Assembly: GCA_964202905.1 (NCBI GenBank)
Contig: CAXNJO010000001.1
Span: 544,001 to 608,000 of the forward strand
Direction of reading: 5' to 3'
Source of the DNA: Polyangiales bacterium
GTDB taxonomy: Bacteria > Myxococcota_A > Polyangia > Polyangiales > JADJQN01
Length of the DNA: 64,000 nt
Shown here: piece after piece, positions 20,539 to 29,366 of the stretch
How the letters are laid out: every line of letters begins with the position of its first letter
Position numbering within the stretch: position 1 is the first letter of the stretch
The notes under the pieces: model-generated
What the model was told of the DNA's origin: nothing
Seen by the model: only the letters and a program-made list of their open reading frames with translations
Databases searched by the model: none
Position numbers and translations under genes: made by a program

Positions 20539-20871
20539 GTGCCGCCGCCCGGACACGACGCGCTCGCGGGCCTGCGCCTCCGCGGTCAGGACGACGGGGT
20601 CGTGTTCGAGGTCCGCGTGCAGCCGCGCGCGCGCCGCGCTGCGCTGCTCGGCGTGCACGAGGCGGCGCTCAAGATCGCGCTCACCGCGCCGCCGGTCGAG
20701 GGCGCCGCGAACGATGCGCTGCTCGCGATCGTCGCGGAGACGCTCGGCGTGCCGCGCCGCGCCGTGCGCCTCGTCCGCGGCGAGACGAGCCGCGCGAAGG
20801 TGGTCGCCGTCGCGGGCGTCACCGAGGCCGAGGCCCGCGGCGCGCTCGCACGCGCGCTCACGGAGGGCTGA
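20539..20871 (+). CDS. DUF167 (YggU-like) protein
   Basis: VRVQPRARR, LTAPPVEGAANDALL and GETSRAK. Confidence 0.9.
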   Translation: MPPPGHDALAGLRLRGQDDGVVFEVRVQPRARRAALLGVHEAALKIALTAPPVEGAANDALLAIVAETLGVPRRAVRLVRGETSRAKVVAVAGVTEAEARGALARALTEG

Positions 20872-20874
20872 GTC

Positions 20875-23800
20875 GTGGCGGGCGGCGCGCGGCGGCGCTC
20901 CTCGCGGGGCGGCGAGGTCGGCGGCCCGTCGTCCCCCACCGCGCCCGCTGCGCCCGCGTCGTCGTCGTCGACCGCGCCCGCGTCGTCGACCGCGCCCGCT
21001 GCGCCCGCGCCGTCGGCGCCGCCGCTCGGGGCGTTGCTCGCGATCGCGGCGCTCCTCGGCTTCGCCGTGATGGGCCACGAGGCGCTCTGGGCGCGGCTCG
21101 GACGGACCTGGCTGGGTGGGGACGCGCGCGCGCTCGCCGCCTCGCTCGCGGCAGTGCTCCTCGGCATGGCGGCCGGGGCCCGCCTCGCCCCACGCTTCGC
21201 GCGCCGCGTCGGGCCGCTCGTCGCCCTCGCCCGCCTCGAGCTCGCCGCCGCGCTGTGGGCGGCCTCGCTGCCCTGGCTCTCCCCCGCGATCGAGGCCCCG
21301 CTCGGCGCCGCGCTGCGCCACCTCGGCCCGGGCGCCGGCCTCGCGTTCGCGGGCTTCGCGGTCGCCGTGCCCGCGCTGCTGCCTGCGGCGCTCGCGTTCG
21401 GCGCGGGCCTGCCGCTCCTCGTCATGGCCCGGGTGGACGCCGCGCGCGCGCCGCGCGACCTCGGCCTGCTCGTCGCCGCCCACGCAGCGGGGAGCGCCCT
21501 GGGCGGCCTGCTCGTCGCGTTCGTGGCGCTCCCGGCGCTCGGTGCGCCAGCGTCCGCGGGCCTCCTCGCGCTCACGCAGGGCGTCGCCGCGTTCTCAACG
21601 CTCCGCCTCGCCGCGCGCGCGCCGGGCGCCTCGCCCGCCGTCAGAATCACAAATGGTACCAATGGTGTCGCAGGCGATACGCGTGACGCGGCCCTGCGCG
21701 TGCTCGCCGCGGCGGTCTGCGGGGCGGGCACGCTCGGCCTGCAGTCCCTCTGGACGCGGCTGGCCGCGCTCGCGGTGGGGCCGACGGTGCAGGGCTTCGC
21801 GCTCGTCTCGGCCGTGTACGTGCTGGCGCTCGCGCTCGGCGGGGTCCTCGGCGCGGCGCTCGTCGCCCGTGCCCGCCGCACGGCCCTGCGCGCGGTCGTG
21901 CTCCTCGGCCTCGCGGGCGCAGCGGCGCTGGCGGGGGTGGGCGCGGCGGGGGACTGGCCGCGCACGGCGCTCGGCGTGTTCGCGGACGCGGCGGGGCGCG
22001 GGGCGACCCCGTGGCTCGCGCTCGCCGTCGCGCTCGCGCCCGTCGTCGCGCCGCCGATCGTGCTCGCTGGCGCCGCGATCCCGGCCCTGCTCGCAGGCCC
22101 GGCGCACGCGTCGCGCCCGGCCGCGCGCATCGGCTCGCTCCTCGCGGCCGGTGCCCTCGGCAACGTGGCGGGTGCAGTCCTCGGCCCGCTCGTCCTCGTA
22201 CCCGCCCTCGGCCTCGCGCGGGCCCTCGCGCTCGTCGCCGCGATGCCGGCCCTCGCCGCGCTCTGCGTCCTGCCCGAGGCCCTCCGCGAACGCGACGCGA
22301 TCCCGCGCGTCGGTGGGCCGAGCCCGCGGGCCTGGCCGGCGGCGCTCGTCGCGGCGAGCCTCGTGTTCGGGGCCGTCGCGCTCGCGGCGCGGCGGGTGCC
22401 CGCGCGCTTCGACCCCGCGCTCGCGGCGAGCGGGCCCTTCCTCTACGCCGGCCCCGCAGCGCCCAACCTCGGCCGCGTGGCCTTCTCGCACGACGGCGTC
22501 GACGCGACCGTCACCGTGCGGGAGTCGGCCGGCGAGCGGCTGCTCCAGATCGACGGCAAGGTCGATGGGAGCACCGTCGGGGATGCGCCGACGCAGGCGC
22601 TCGTGGGCCTCCTCCCCGCGCTGCTCGCCCGCGACCCGCGCGCGGCGCTCGTGGTGGGGCTGGGCACGGGTATCACAGCCGATTCTGTTCGCATCGTGCC
22701 CGGCTTGACCCGGCTCGAGGTGGCGGAGCTCGTGGACGGCGTGCGCCGGGCCGCCCCTTGGTTCGCCGAGGCGACCGGCGCGGTGCTCGACGACCGGCGC
22801 GTCGTGCTGCTCCCGCTCGATGGCGCGCTCCTCTTGAGGCACGGCGCCTCGCGCTGGGACGTCATCGCGAGCGAGCCCTCGAACCCATGGGTGAGCGGGA
22901 TGGGCGATCTCTTCTGCGTCGAGACGTTCCGCGCGGCGCGTGCGCGGCTGCGCCCGGGCGGCGCGTTCGCGGCCTGGTTCCATGTCTATGGAATCGACAT
23001 CGATACAGTCCGAGCGATCGCCGCGACCTTCCTCGAGGCCTTCCCCGACGCGACGCTCTGGGAGCTCGCGCGCGGCCGCGACTACGCGCTGGTCGGGCGC
23101 GCGGAAGGCGACCCCGACGCGCCGCTCGACGCCGACGCGCTGGCGTCGCGTGCGTCGGAGCCGGCCGTCGCAGCGCGGCTGCGCGCCGCGCAAATCGAAG
23201 GTGATACGGGCCTGGCGGGCCGCTTCGTCGCCGGGCCGCGTGGGGTGGCTGCGCTCGCCGGGGGCGCCCCGATTCTCCGCCTGCGGCACGGCGGGCTCGA
23301 GGCGCGCGCCGCGCGGTCCATGTACGCGGACGCGTCGGTCGCGGCGCTCGCGGCGCTCGGCGAGGCGTCGGACGCGTCTGCGCCGCTGGCCTGGCACGCG
23401 TCGACCGCGGCGGGCCGCGCGCTCGCGGAGGCGGCTCCCGGCGCGGCGCAGGCGGGTGCGCTGGGGCGGGCAGCGGTGCGGGCGGCGGTCGCGGGCGAAG
23501 AGCGGGCGGCCCTCGCCGCCGGCGAGCGCGCGCTCGGGCTGCTGCCGGACGACCCCGCCCTCCGCGACCTGCTCGCGACGCTCCTCGTCGCGCGCGGCAA
23601 GGCCCAGGCGCTCGATCCGGCCGGCGCGGCCGAGGCCCGCGACACGCTGCTCTCGGTCCTCGAGGTCGATCCGCCGGATGCGCGGCTCCGCGCCGACGCG
23701 CTCGTCACGCTCGGCGATCTCGAGCGCGCCGCCGGGGCGCACGCCCGGGCGCTCGGCTATTACCAGCGCGGCAGGCGCCTCGTGCCCGCGAGCGCGGAGC

Positions 23801-23889
23801 TCGCACGTCGCATCGCCGATACCCTCGACACGCTCGGCGCGCACGCGGACGCCGAGCGCGAGCGCGCGCTGCTCCGTCGCCTCCGCTGA
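20875..23889 (+). CDS. Fused membrane (MFS-like) / spermidine synthase-like protein with C-terminal TPR
   Basis: Many TM helices; LQIDGKVDGS, ALVVGLGTGITA, DVIASEPSNPWVSGMGDLF and RLRPGG; TPR-like tail. Confidence 0.85.
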   Translation: MAGGARRRSSRGGEVGGPSSPTAPAAPASSSSTAPASSTAPAAPAPSAPPLGALLAIAALLGFAVMGHEALWARLGRTWLGGDARALAASLAAVLLGMAAGARLAPRFARRVGPLVALARLELAAALWAASLPWLSPAIEAPLGAALRHLGPGAGLAFAGFAVAVPALLPAALAFGAGLPLLVMARVDAARAPRDLGLLVAAHAAGSALGGLLVAFVALPALGAPASAGLLALTQGVAAFSTLRLAARAPGASPAVRITNGTNGVAGDTRDAALRVLAAAVCGAGTLGLQSLWTRLAALAVGPTVQGFALVSAVYVLALALGGVLGAALVARARRTALRAVVLLGLAGAAALAGVGAAGDWPRTALGVFADAAGRGATPWLALAVALAPVVAPPIVLAGAAIPALLAGPAHASRPAARIGSLLAAGALGNVAGAVLGPLVLVPALGLARALALVAAMPALAALCVLPEALRERDAIPRVGGPSPRAWPAALVAASLVFGAVALAARRVPARFDPALAASGPFLYAGPAAPNLGRVAFSHDGVDATVTVRESAGERLLQIDGKVDGSTVGDAPTQALVGLLPALLARDPRAALVVGLGTGITADSVRIVPGLTRLEVAELVDGVRRAAPWFAEATGAVLDDRRVVLLPLDGALLLRHGASRWDVIASEPSNPWVSGMGDLFCVETFRAARARLRPGGAFAAWFHVYGIDIDTVRAIAATFLEAFPDATLWELARGRDYALVGRAEGDPDAPLDADALASRASEPAVAARLRAAQIEGDTGLAGRFVAGPRGVAALAGGAPILRLRHGGLEARAARSMYADASVAALAALGEASDASAPLAWHASTAAGRALAEAAPGAAQAGALGRAAVRAAVAGEERAALAAGERALGLLPDDPALRDLLATLLVARGKAQALDPAGAAEARDTLLSVLEVDPPDARLRADALVTLGDLERAAGAHARALGYYQRGRRLVPASAELARRIADTLDTLGAHADAERERALLRRLR

Positions 23890-23926
23890 CCGGTCGCCTC
23901 CGCTGACCGGTCGCCTCCGCTGCCCG
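23876..23926 (+). repeat. Tandem repeat, 3 x 17 bp (GTCGCCTCCGCTGACCG)
   Basis: Copies at 23876, 23893 and 23910 (the last has one mismatch); spans the stop codon of the upstream gene. Confidence 0.9.
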
Positions 23927-23975
23927 GGCCCCGGCGCGCACCGCGCCAGCGCGTCGCGCTGCCGCGGTGGCCGGA

Positions 23976-25580
23976 TCAGCCGTGACGCGTGAGCTGGCTC
24001 AGCGTGGCCGCGAGGTCGTGGATGTCGCTCGCGCTGCGCTGCGTGCGGACCGCGCTGCGCTCGCCGTCGCGCGCCGCGCTCGCGACGCCGCCGATGTTGT
24101 CGACGACGCCGCCGACGCCCGTCGAGACCTCGCTCGCGTTGCGCGCGACGTCGCGGACGGTGGCCGCCTGCTCCTCGACCGACGCCGCGATCGACGCGGC
24201 GTAGGTGTCGATCTGGTCGATGACGCGCGCGATGTCGGCGATGGCCGAGACGCTCTTCTGCGTGTCGGCCTGGATCGAGTCGACCTGCTGCGCGATCTCT
24301 TCGGTCGCGCGCGCCGTCTCCTTCGCGAGCTCCTTCACCTCGGTCGCGACGACGGCGAAGCCCTTGCCGGCCTCGCCCGCGCGCGCCGCCTCGATCGTCG
24401 CGTTGAGCGCGAGGAGGTTGGTCTGCTGGGCGATGGTGCTGATGACCTTGGTGACCTTGCCGATGGCCGCCGAGCTCACGCTCAGCGCACGCACGGTGAC
24501 GCCGGCGCCGGCCGCGAGCTCGCGCGCCTGCCGCGCGATCTTCGCGGACTCGTTGGCGCTGCCGGCGATCTCGCGCACGGTGACGCTGAGCTCTTCGGCT
24601 GCGGCGGCGACGGAAGCGACGTTCGCCTTGATCTGCTCGGCCGCGCTCGAGACCTTCGACGACTGCGTGGCCGTCTCGGTGGAGCTGGCGGCGAGCTGCG
24701 CGGAGACCTCCGCGAGCGTCGACGACGACTCGAGGAGGCGCGCCGCCGCGCCCGAGACATCCGCCAACGTCTGCTCGCTGCGCGCCTCGAGCGCGGCGCG
24801 ATCGGTGATGACGTCGAAGGTCAGGGCCGGGCCGGTGTAGCTGCCGTGCGTGTCGTAGAGCGCGAAGTAGCGCAGCTCGAGGGTCTCGGGACCGAGCTTC
24901 GCGCGGGTCGTGAGGGGCAGGCTTCGCGGGTCCGACATCAGTTCGCGCGGGCCCCGATGCAACAGGTCGAGCGAGCCGCCGACGATGTGCGCCGCCCGCA
25001 CCGGGAGATGGACCTCGAGGCGCTCGAGCAGGCGCTGCGCGGAGGGGTTCGCGTACCGCACGATGAGGTCGCGGTCGCACATCAGCGTCGCGTTGGGCGA
25101 GGAGTCCGTGAGGCGCTGCAGCGCCTCGGCCCGCGCGCTCGACATCGAGAGGACCGCGGCGAACTTCACGACCTTCTGCGTGCGCCCGCTCGCGTCGAAG
25201 ATCGGGTTGTACGAGCCCTGCACCCAGACGTCGCGGCCACCCTTCGCGACGCGCTTGAACTCGCCGTTCTGGTAACGGCCGGAGGCGAGGTCGCCCCAGA
25301 ACGCGCGGTATTCCGCGCTCGCGCGCGTCGCCGGGTCCACGAACATCGCGTGATGCTGACCGCGCACCTCCTCGAGCGTGTAGCCGAGCGCGCGGAGGAA
25401 GTTGTCGTTCGCGTGGAGGATCGTGCCGTCCGGGGCGAACTCGACCATCGCGTGCGTCCGCTCGACCGCGGCGAGCTGCGCCCGGAGCTCGGCGAGCTCG
25501 CTCACCTCGGCGGGCTCGTCGTCCGACTCGGGGCGAGGGCTCGGCTTCTTGCGGTCGGTCACGACGGGTGGGCGGGACAT
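23976..25580 (-). CDS. Soluble PAS-PAS methyl-accepting chemotaxis protein
   Basis: No TM segment; PAS/PAC (EFAPDGTILHANDNF...WVQGSYNPI); second PAS domain; signalling hairpin IAQQTNLLALNATIEAARAGEAGKGFAVVATEVKELA. Confidence 0.93.
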   Translation of the reverse strand: MSRPPVVTDRKKPSPRPESDDEPAEVSELAELRAQLAAVERTHAMVEFAPDGTILHANDNFLRALGYTLEEVRGQHHAMFVDPATRASAEYRAFWGDLASGRYQNGEFKRVAKGGRDVWVQGSYNPIFDASGRTQKVVKFAAVLSMSSARAEALQRLTDSSPNATLMCDRDLIVRYANPSAQRLLERLEVHLPVRAAHIVGGSLDLLHRGPRELMSDPRSLPLTTRAKLGPETLELRYFALYDTHGSYTGPALTFDVITDRAALEARSEQTLADVSGAAARLLESSSTLAEVSAQLAASSTETATQSSKVSSAAEQIKANVASVAAAAEELSVTVREIAGSANESAKIARQARELAAGAGVTVRALSVSSAAIGKVTKVISTIAQQTNLLALNATIEAARAGEAGKGFAVVATEVKELAKETARATEEIAQQVDSIQADTQKSVSAIADIARVIDQIDTYAASIAASVEEQAATVRDVARNASEVSTGVGGVVDNIGGVASAARDGERSAVRTQRSASDIHDLAATLSQLTRHG

Positions 25581-25588
25581 GGTTGCTC

Positions 25589-26473
25589 CTATCGGTTCCC
25601 GTCGGGCTCGGCTGAAGGGGCGCGGCCGATGTGCGGCTCCCCTGCAGGCGGCGCAGGGGCGCCCTCGAGCGCGGCGCGCATGGCCGCGACGGGCGCCGGG
25701 AGCCCCGTCCAGAGCTCGAACGCGAGCACGCCCTGATGCAGCAGCATGGCCAGCCCGTCAAGCGTCTGCGCCCCATGCGCACGCGCCGCGCGCAGCAGCG
25801 CGGTGTCGCGCGGCGCGTAGACGACCTCGGCGACGAGCGCCCCCGGCCGGAGCACGGCGAGCGGCAGCGCGTCCACCAGCGCCTGCGCCGGTGCGTCGCC
25901 CTGCATCGTCGCGGAGGTCGCCTGCACGACGAGATCCGCACCGCCGAGCGCCTCCTCGAGGCCTGCCCGATCGGCGAGATCGAGCGTCGGCGCGCCGAGC
26001 CGCTCGCCCTCCCGCACGCGCCGCGCGACGACGGTCACCCGCGCACCCGCTGCCCGCAGCCCGACGACCGCCGCGCGCGCCGCGCCGCCTGCGCCGAGCA
26101 CGACGGCCTGCGCGCCCGCGAGCACCGCGCCCGCCTCGCCGAGCGCCCGCACGAGGCCGCCGACATCCGTGTTCGCGCCGCGGATCGTGCCGTCGGCGTC
26201 CAGGGTGAGGGTGTTGGCCGCGCCCACCGCGCGGGCGCTCTCGTCGAGCGCGTCGAGGTGCGCGAGCACGGCCGTCTTGTGCGGGACCGTGACGTTCGCG
26301 CCGGCGACCCCGAGCGCGCGCAGGCCGCGGATCGCGTCGCCGAGCGCGTCGGGCGCGACCGGGAAGCGCAGGTAGGTCGCGTCGACCCCCGAGGCCGCGA
26401 ACGCCGCGTTCTGCATCGCGGGCGAGCGCGAGTGCGCGACCGGCCAGCCGAGCACGCCGTAGATGCGCGTCAT
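25589..26473 (-). CDS. aroE: Shikimate dehydrogenase
   Basis: GWPVAHSRSPAMQN, GANVTVPHK, NTD, GAGGAARA and DGLAMLLHQG. Confidence 0.95.
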   Translation of the reverse strand: MTRIYGVLGWPVAHSRSPAMQNAAFAASGVDATYLRFPVAPDALGDAIRGLRALGVAGANVTVPHKTAVLAHLDALDESARAVGAANTLTLDADGTIRGANTDVGGLVRALGEAGAVLAGAQAVVLGAGGAARAAVVGLRAAGARVTVVARRVREGERLGAPTLDLADRAGLEEALGGADLVVQATSATMQGDAPAQALVDALPLAVLRPGALVAEVVYAPRDTALLRAARAHGAQTLDGLAMLLHQGVLAFELWTGLPAPVAAMRAALEGAPAPPAGEPHIGRAPSAEPDGNR

Positions 26474-26495
26474 CGTCGGATATGCCCGGATAGAT

Positions 26496-27944
26496 TCATG
26501 TTTTCGGTGCCTCGACGTCGCCGGTCGAAGTGGGCTCCGGCCCTCCGTGCGCGGCTTCGACGCGCGCCTCGAGCGCCCCCCGCGCGAGGCGGATCCGCAC
26601 CGCCGTTCCCGGCGTGACGGTGCGCGCGTCGACCAGCGCGCGTCCCGTCTCGGCGTCGAGCGCGATGGCGTAGCCGCGCGAGAGCACCTGCAGCGGCGAG
26701 AGCGCGCGGAGCTGTGTCGTCGCGCTGCCGAGCGCCTCGCGTCGTCGCTCGACGAGCAGCGTCGCGGCGTGCGCGAGCCGCGCGTCGAGCGCGTCGAGCC
26801 GGCGGCGCGCGGCGGCGAGGCGGGCCCTCGCGTCGCTGCGCCGGAGCTTCTCGGCGAGCAGCGCGAGGCGCGCCCGGTCCTGCGCGAGCCGCGTGCGCGC
26901 GTCGAGCTTCGCGAGACGCCGCGTGAGCCCGTCGAGCTGCTCGCGGGCGCGACCCTGCCGTCGTCGCACGCGCTGTGCGAGCGCGGCGTCGAGCGCGAAG
27001 AGCCGCTGCCGCCCGCGGCCGAGGGCGCGGCGCGGATCGGCTACGCGCCGCCCGAGCCGCTCGAGCTTCACGCGGGCGCGATCGAGCCGCGCGTCGAGCG
27101 CGCGCTCCATGCCGCGCACCTTGGCCTCGAGCTCGCCGAGGAGCGCGCGGCGATCGGGCACGACGAGCTCGGCCGCGTTCGACGGCGTCGCGGCGCGCAC
27201 GTCCGCGACGAGGTCCGCGATGGTCACGTCGACCTCGTGCCCGACCGCGCTCACGACGGGCACGCGGCACGCGGCGATGGCCCGCGCGACGCGCTCGTCC
27301 TGGAAGGCGACGAGATCTTCCGCGCCGCCGCCGCCGCGGCCGACGATCACGACGTCGAGCTCCGGCAGCTTCTGGATCGCGGCGAGCGCGCGCACGATCG
27401 AGCCGGGCGCCTCGGGCCCCTGCACGAGGCAGTGCGCGACCACGATCCGCGTCGGACAGCGCCCGCGCGCGACCTCGAGGATGTCGTGCACCGCCGCGCC
27501 CGAGAGGCTCGTCACCACGCCCACGGTCGCGGGAAGGCGCGGCAGCCGACGCTTGCGCGACGGGTCGAAGAGGCCCTCTTTCGCGAGCTTTTCGCGCAGG
27601 CGCGCCAGCTCGGCGTGCGCGTCGCCCTCGCCCGCGGGCAGCGCGAGCCGCGCGATGATCTGGTAGCTGCCGCGCGCCTCGTAGAGCGTGAGCCCGCCGC
27701 GCAGCCGCACCTTCTCGCCGTTCGTGAAGCGCGCGCGCGAGCGCCGCACGTCTCCGCGGAACATCACGCCGCGGATCTGCGCGGGATCCTGGCCGTCGTT
27801 GAGCGTGAAGTACACGTGCCCCGACGCCGCGCGCACCACGTCGCCGAGCTCCCCCTCGACCCACACGTCCGGGAAGCCCTCTTCGAGCGCGAGCTTCGCG
27901 ATGCGGTTGAGCTCGAGGACGCGCAGCACGCGCTCGGTGGACAT
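26496..27944 (-). CDS. xseA: Exodeoxyribonuclease VII large subunit
   Basis: VWVEGE..SGHVYFTL, GRGGG, SAVGHEVD, RAATPSNAAE and LSPLQVLSRGYA. Confidence 0.96.
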   Translation of the reverse strand: MSTERVLRVLELNRIAKLALEEGFPDVWVEGELGDVVRAASGHVYFTLNDGQDPAQIRGVMFRGDVRRSRARFTNGEKVRLRGGLTLYEARGSYQIIARLALPAGEGDAHAELARLREKLAKEGLFDPSRKRRLPRLPATVGVVTSLSGAAVHDILEVARGRCPTRIVVAHCLVQGPEAPGSIVRALAAIQKLPELDVVIVGRGGGGAEDLVAFQDERVARAIAACRVPVVSAVGHEVDVTIADLVADVRAATPSNAAELVVPDRRALLGELEAKVRGMERALDARLDRARVKLERLGRRVADPRRALGRGRQRLFALDAALAQRVRRRQGRAREQLDGLTRRLAKLDARTRLAQDRARLALLAEKLRRSDARARLAAARRRLDALDARLAHAATLLVERRREALGSATTQLRALSPLQVLSRGYAIALDAETGRALVDARTVTPGTAVRIRLARGALEARVEAAHGGPEPTSTGDVEAPKT

Positions 27945-28134
27945 GGCGCGCAGCCTACCAGCCGCGCCCTGCTTTGCGCCGCCGCGCGGTGATCGCCACG
28001 ACGCCGCGATGGCTTCGGGGCAGCGCGCATGCGTCGGCGCGGCGCGGTCACCCGCGACCGGGCTCCGTGCGGGCGTCCCCGCCCCGGCGCGCGCCGCACT
28101 GGTCGCCCCGCGTGTCATCGCTAAGCTGCGGCCC

Positions 28135-28503
28135 GTGACTCGACCCACCATCGCGGGCGCGCCGTGCACGGCGCAAGGCTTCTACGAGGCGCGCCCCGGC
28201 GATATCCAGGACCGCGCCAATCTCCTGCTCGTCGACGTGCGCGAGGAGGCCGAGCTGCTCGATCCGCTCGGGCACGTCCACGGCGCGCGGCACGTCCCGC
28301 TCGCGCGGCTCCTCGCGGACGGTCTGCCCGACGTCGCGCCGGAGACACCCGTCGCGCTGATGTGCAAGGCGGGCGGGCGCAGCGCGCGGGCCGCGGCGTC
28401 GCTCGTCGCGCGCGGGTTCACGGAGGTGTATTCGGTGACCGGCGGCATGATCCGCTGGAACGCCGAGGAGCGCCCCGTCGCCCGCACGCGCACCAGGACA
28501 TGA
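28135..28503 (+). CDS. Rhodanese-like domain protein
   Basis: LVDVREEAE, GHVHGA, CKAGGRS and GGMIRW. Start uncertain. Confidence 0.85.
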   Translation: MTRPTIAGAPCTAQGFYEARPGDIQDRANLLLVDVREEAELLDPLGHVHGARHVPLARLLADGLPDVAPETPVALMCKAGGRSARAAASLVARGFTEVYSVTGGMIRWNAEERPVARTRTRT

Positions 28504-29366
28504 GGTCGGTCGTCGTCGGCCTCGGGAGCAACCTCGGCGCGCGCACGGCCTACCTCGCGGCCGCCGCCGCAGTGCTCGACGCACACCCCGCCATCCGCGT
28601 CGAGGCGCGCTCCCCGCTCGTCGCGACGCCCGCGCTCACGCAGCCGCAGCCGGACTTCCTCAATGCGGCGGTGCGCCTGCGTACGCCGCTCGAGCCGGAG
28701 GCGCTGCTCGACGTGCTCCTCGTGACCGAGCGCGCCCTCGGCCGCGAGCGCCGCGAGCGCTGGGGAACGCGCACGATCGACCTGGACGTGCTCAGTATCA
28801 GGAACGAAACAGTGCGTACGGAGCGTCTCGAGGTGCCCCATCCCGCGCTGATGACGCGTTCTTTCGCCCTGTTTCCGCTGCTCGCGGTGCTCGAGGCGGG
28901 CGATCCGTTCCGGAGGGTCTGCGAGGCAGCGGCGGCCTGCCTCGCGCCGCCGCCCCGCTGGCCGTGGCCGATGTCGGCGCCCCCGTCTTGTAATGAGTTT
29001 GATACGTTTTCGCCATCGCCGGAGGATTCGGCGCCGGGCGTGTCGGGCCCGGGGGCCGGGGCGTCGGAGCGGGCCGAGCGTCTCGCGGCTGCGGCGCAGG
29101 CAGCGCTCGACCGGGCGGGTGGCGTCTGCGCGCTCGGTGGGCCCATCGAGCGGCTCAGCCACCTCGACGCGCCGGCTGCGGAGCTCGTCGAGGTGCTCGG
29201 CCGCGTGCGGCCTGCGCGGGTGCTCGTCGCGCCCGATGGCGCGGTGCTCGGCCTCGGCACGCGCGCGGCGCCGACGGCATTGTTTGTCCTTTCCGCTTCG
29301 GCTCTGTACGCTTCGACCCCTGCCGCGCACCCCCTGCGCGCCCGCCCCACAGGAGCTCCCGGATGA
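28500..29366 (+). CDS. folK: 2-amino-4-hydroxy-6-hydroxymethyldihydropteridine diphosphokinase with C-terminal extension
   Basis: GLGSNLG, QPDFLNAAV, RWGTRTIDLD and LEVPHP; about 130 extra C-terminal residues; ATGA overlaps on both sides. Confidence 0.9.
   Translation: MRSVVVGLGSNLGARTAYLAAAAAVLDAHPAIRVEARSPLVATPALTQPQPDFLNAAVRLRTPLEPEALLDVLLVTERALGRERRERWGTRTIDLDVLSIRNETVRTERLEVPHPALMTRSFALFPLLAVLEAGDPFRRVCEAAAACLAPPPRWPWPMSAPPSCNEFDTFSPSPEDSAPGVSGPGAGASERAERLAAAAQAALDRAGGVCALGGPIERLSHLDAPAAELVEVLGRVRPARVLVAPDGAVLGLGTRAAPTALFVLSASALYASTPAAHPLRARPTGAPG

Noticed and set aside
23876..23926. CRISPR-like repeat
   Set aside because: The units are 17 bp and contiguous, with no spacers and no cas genes.
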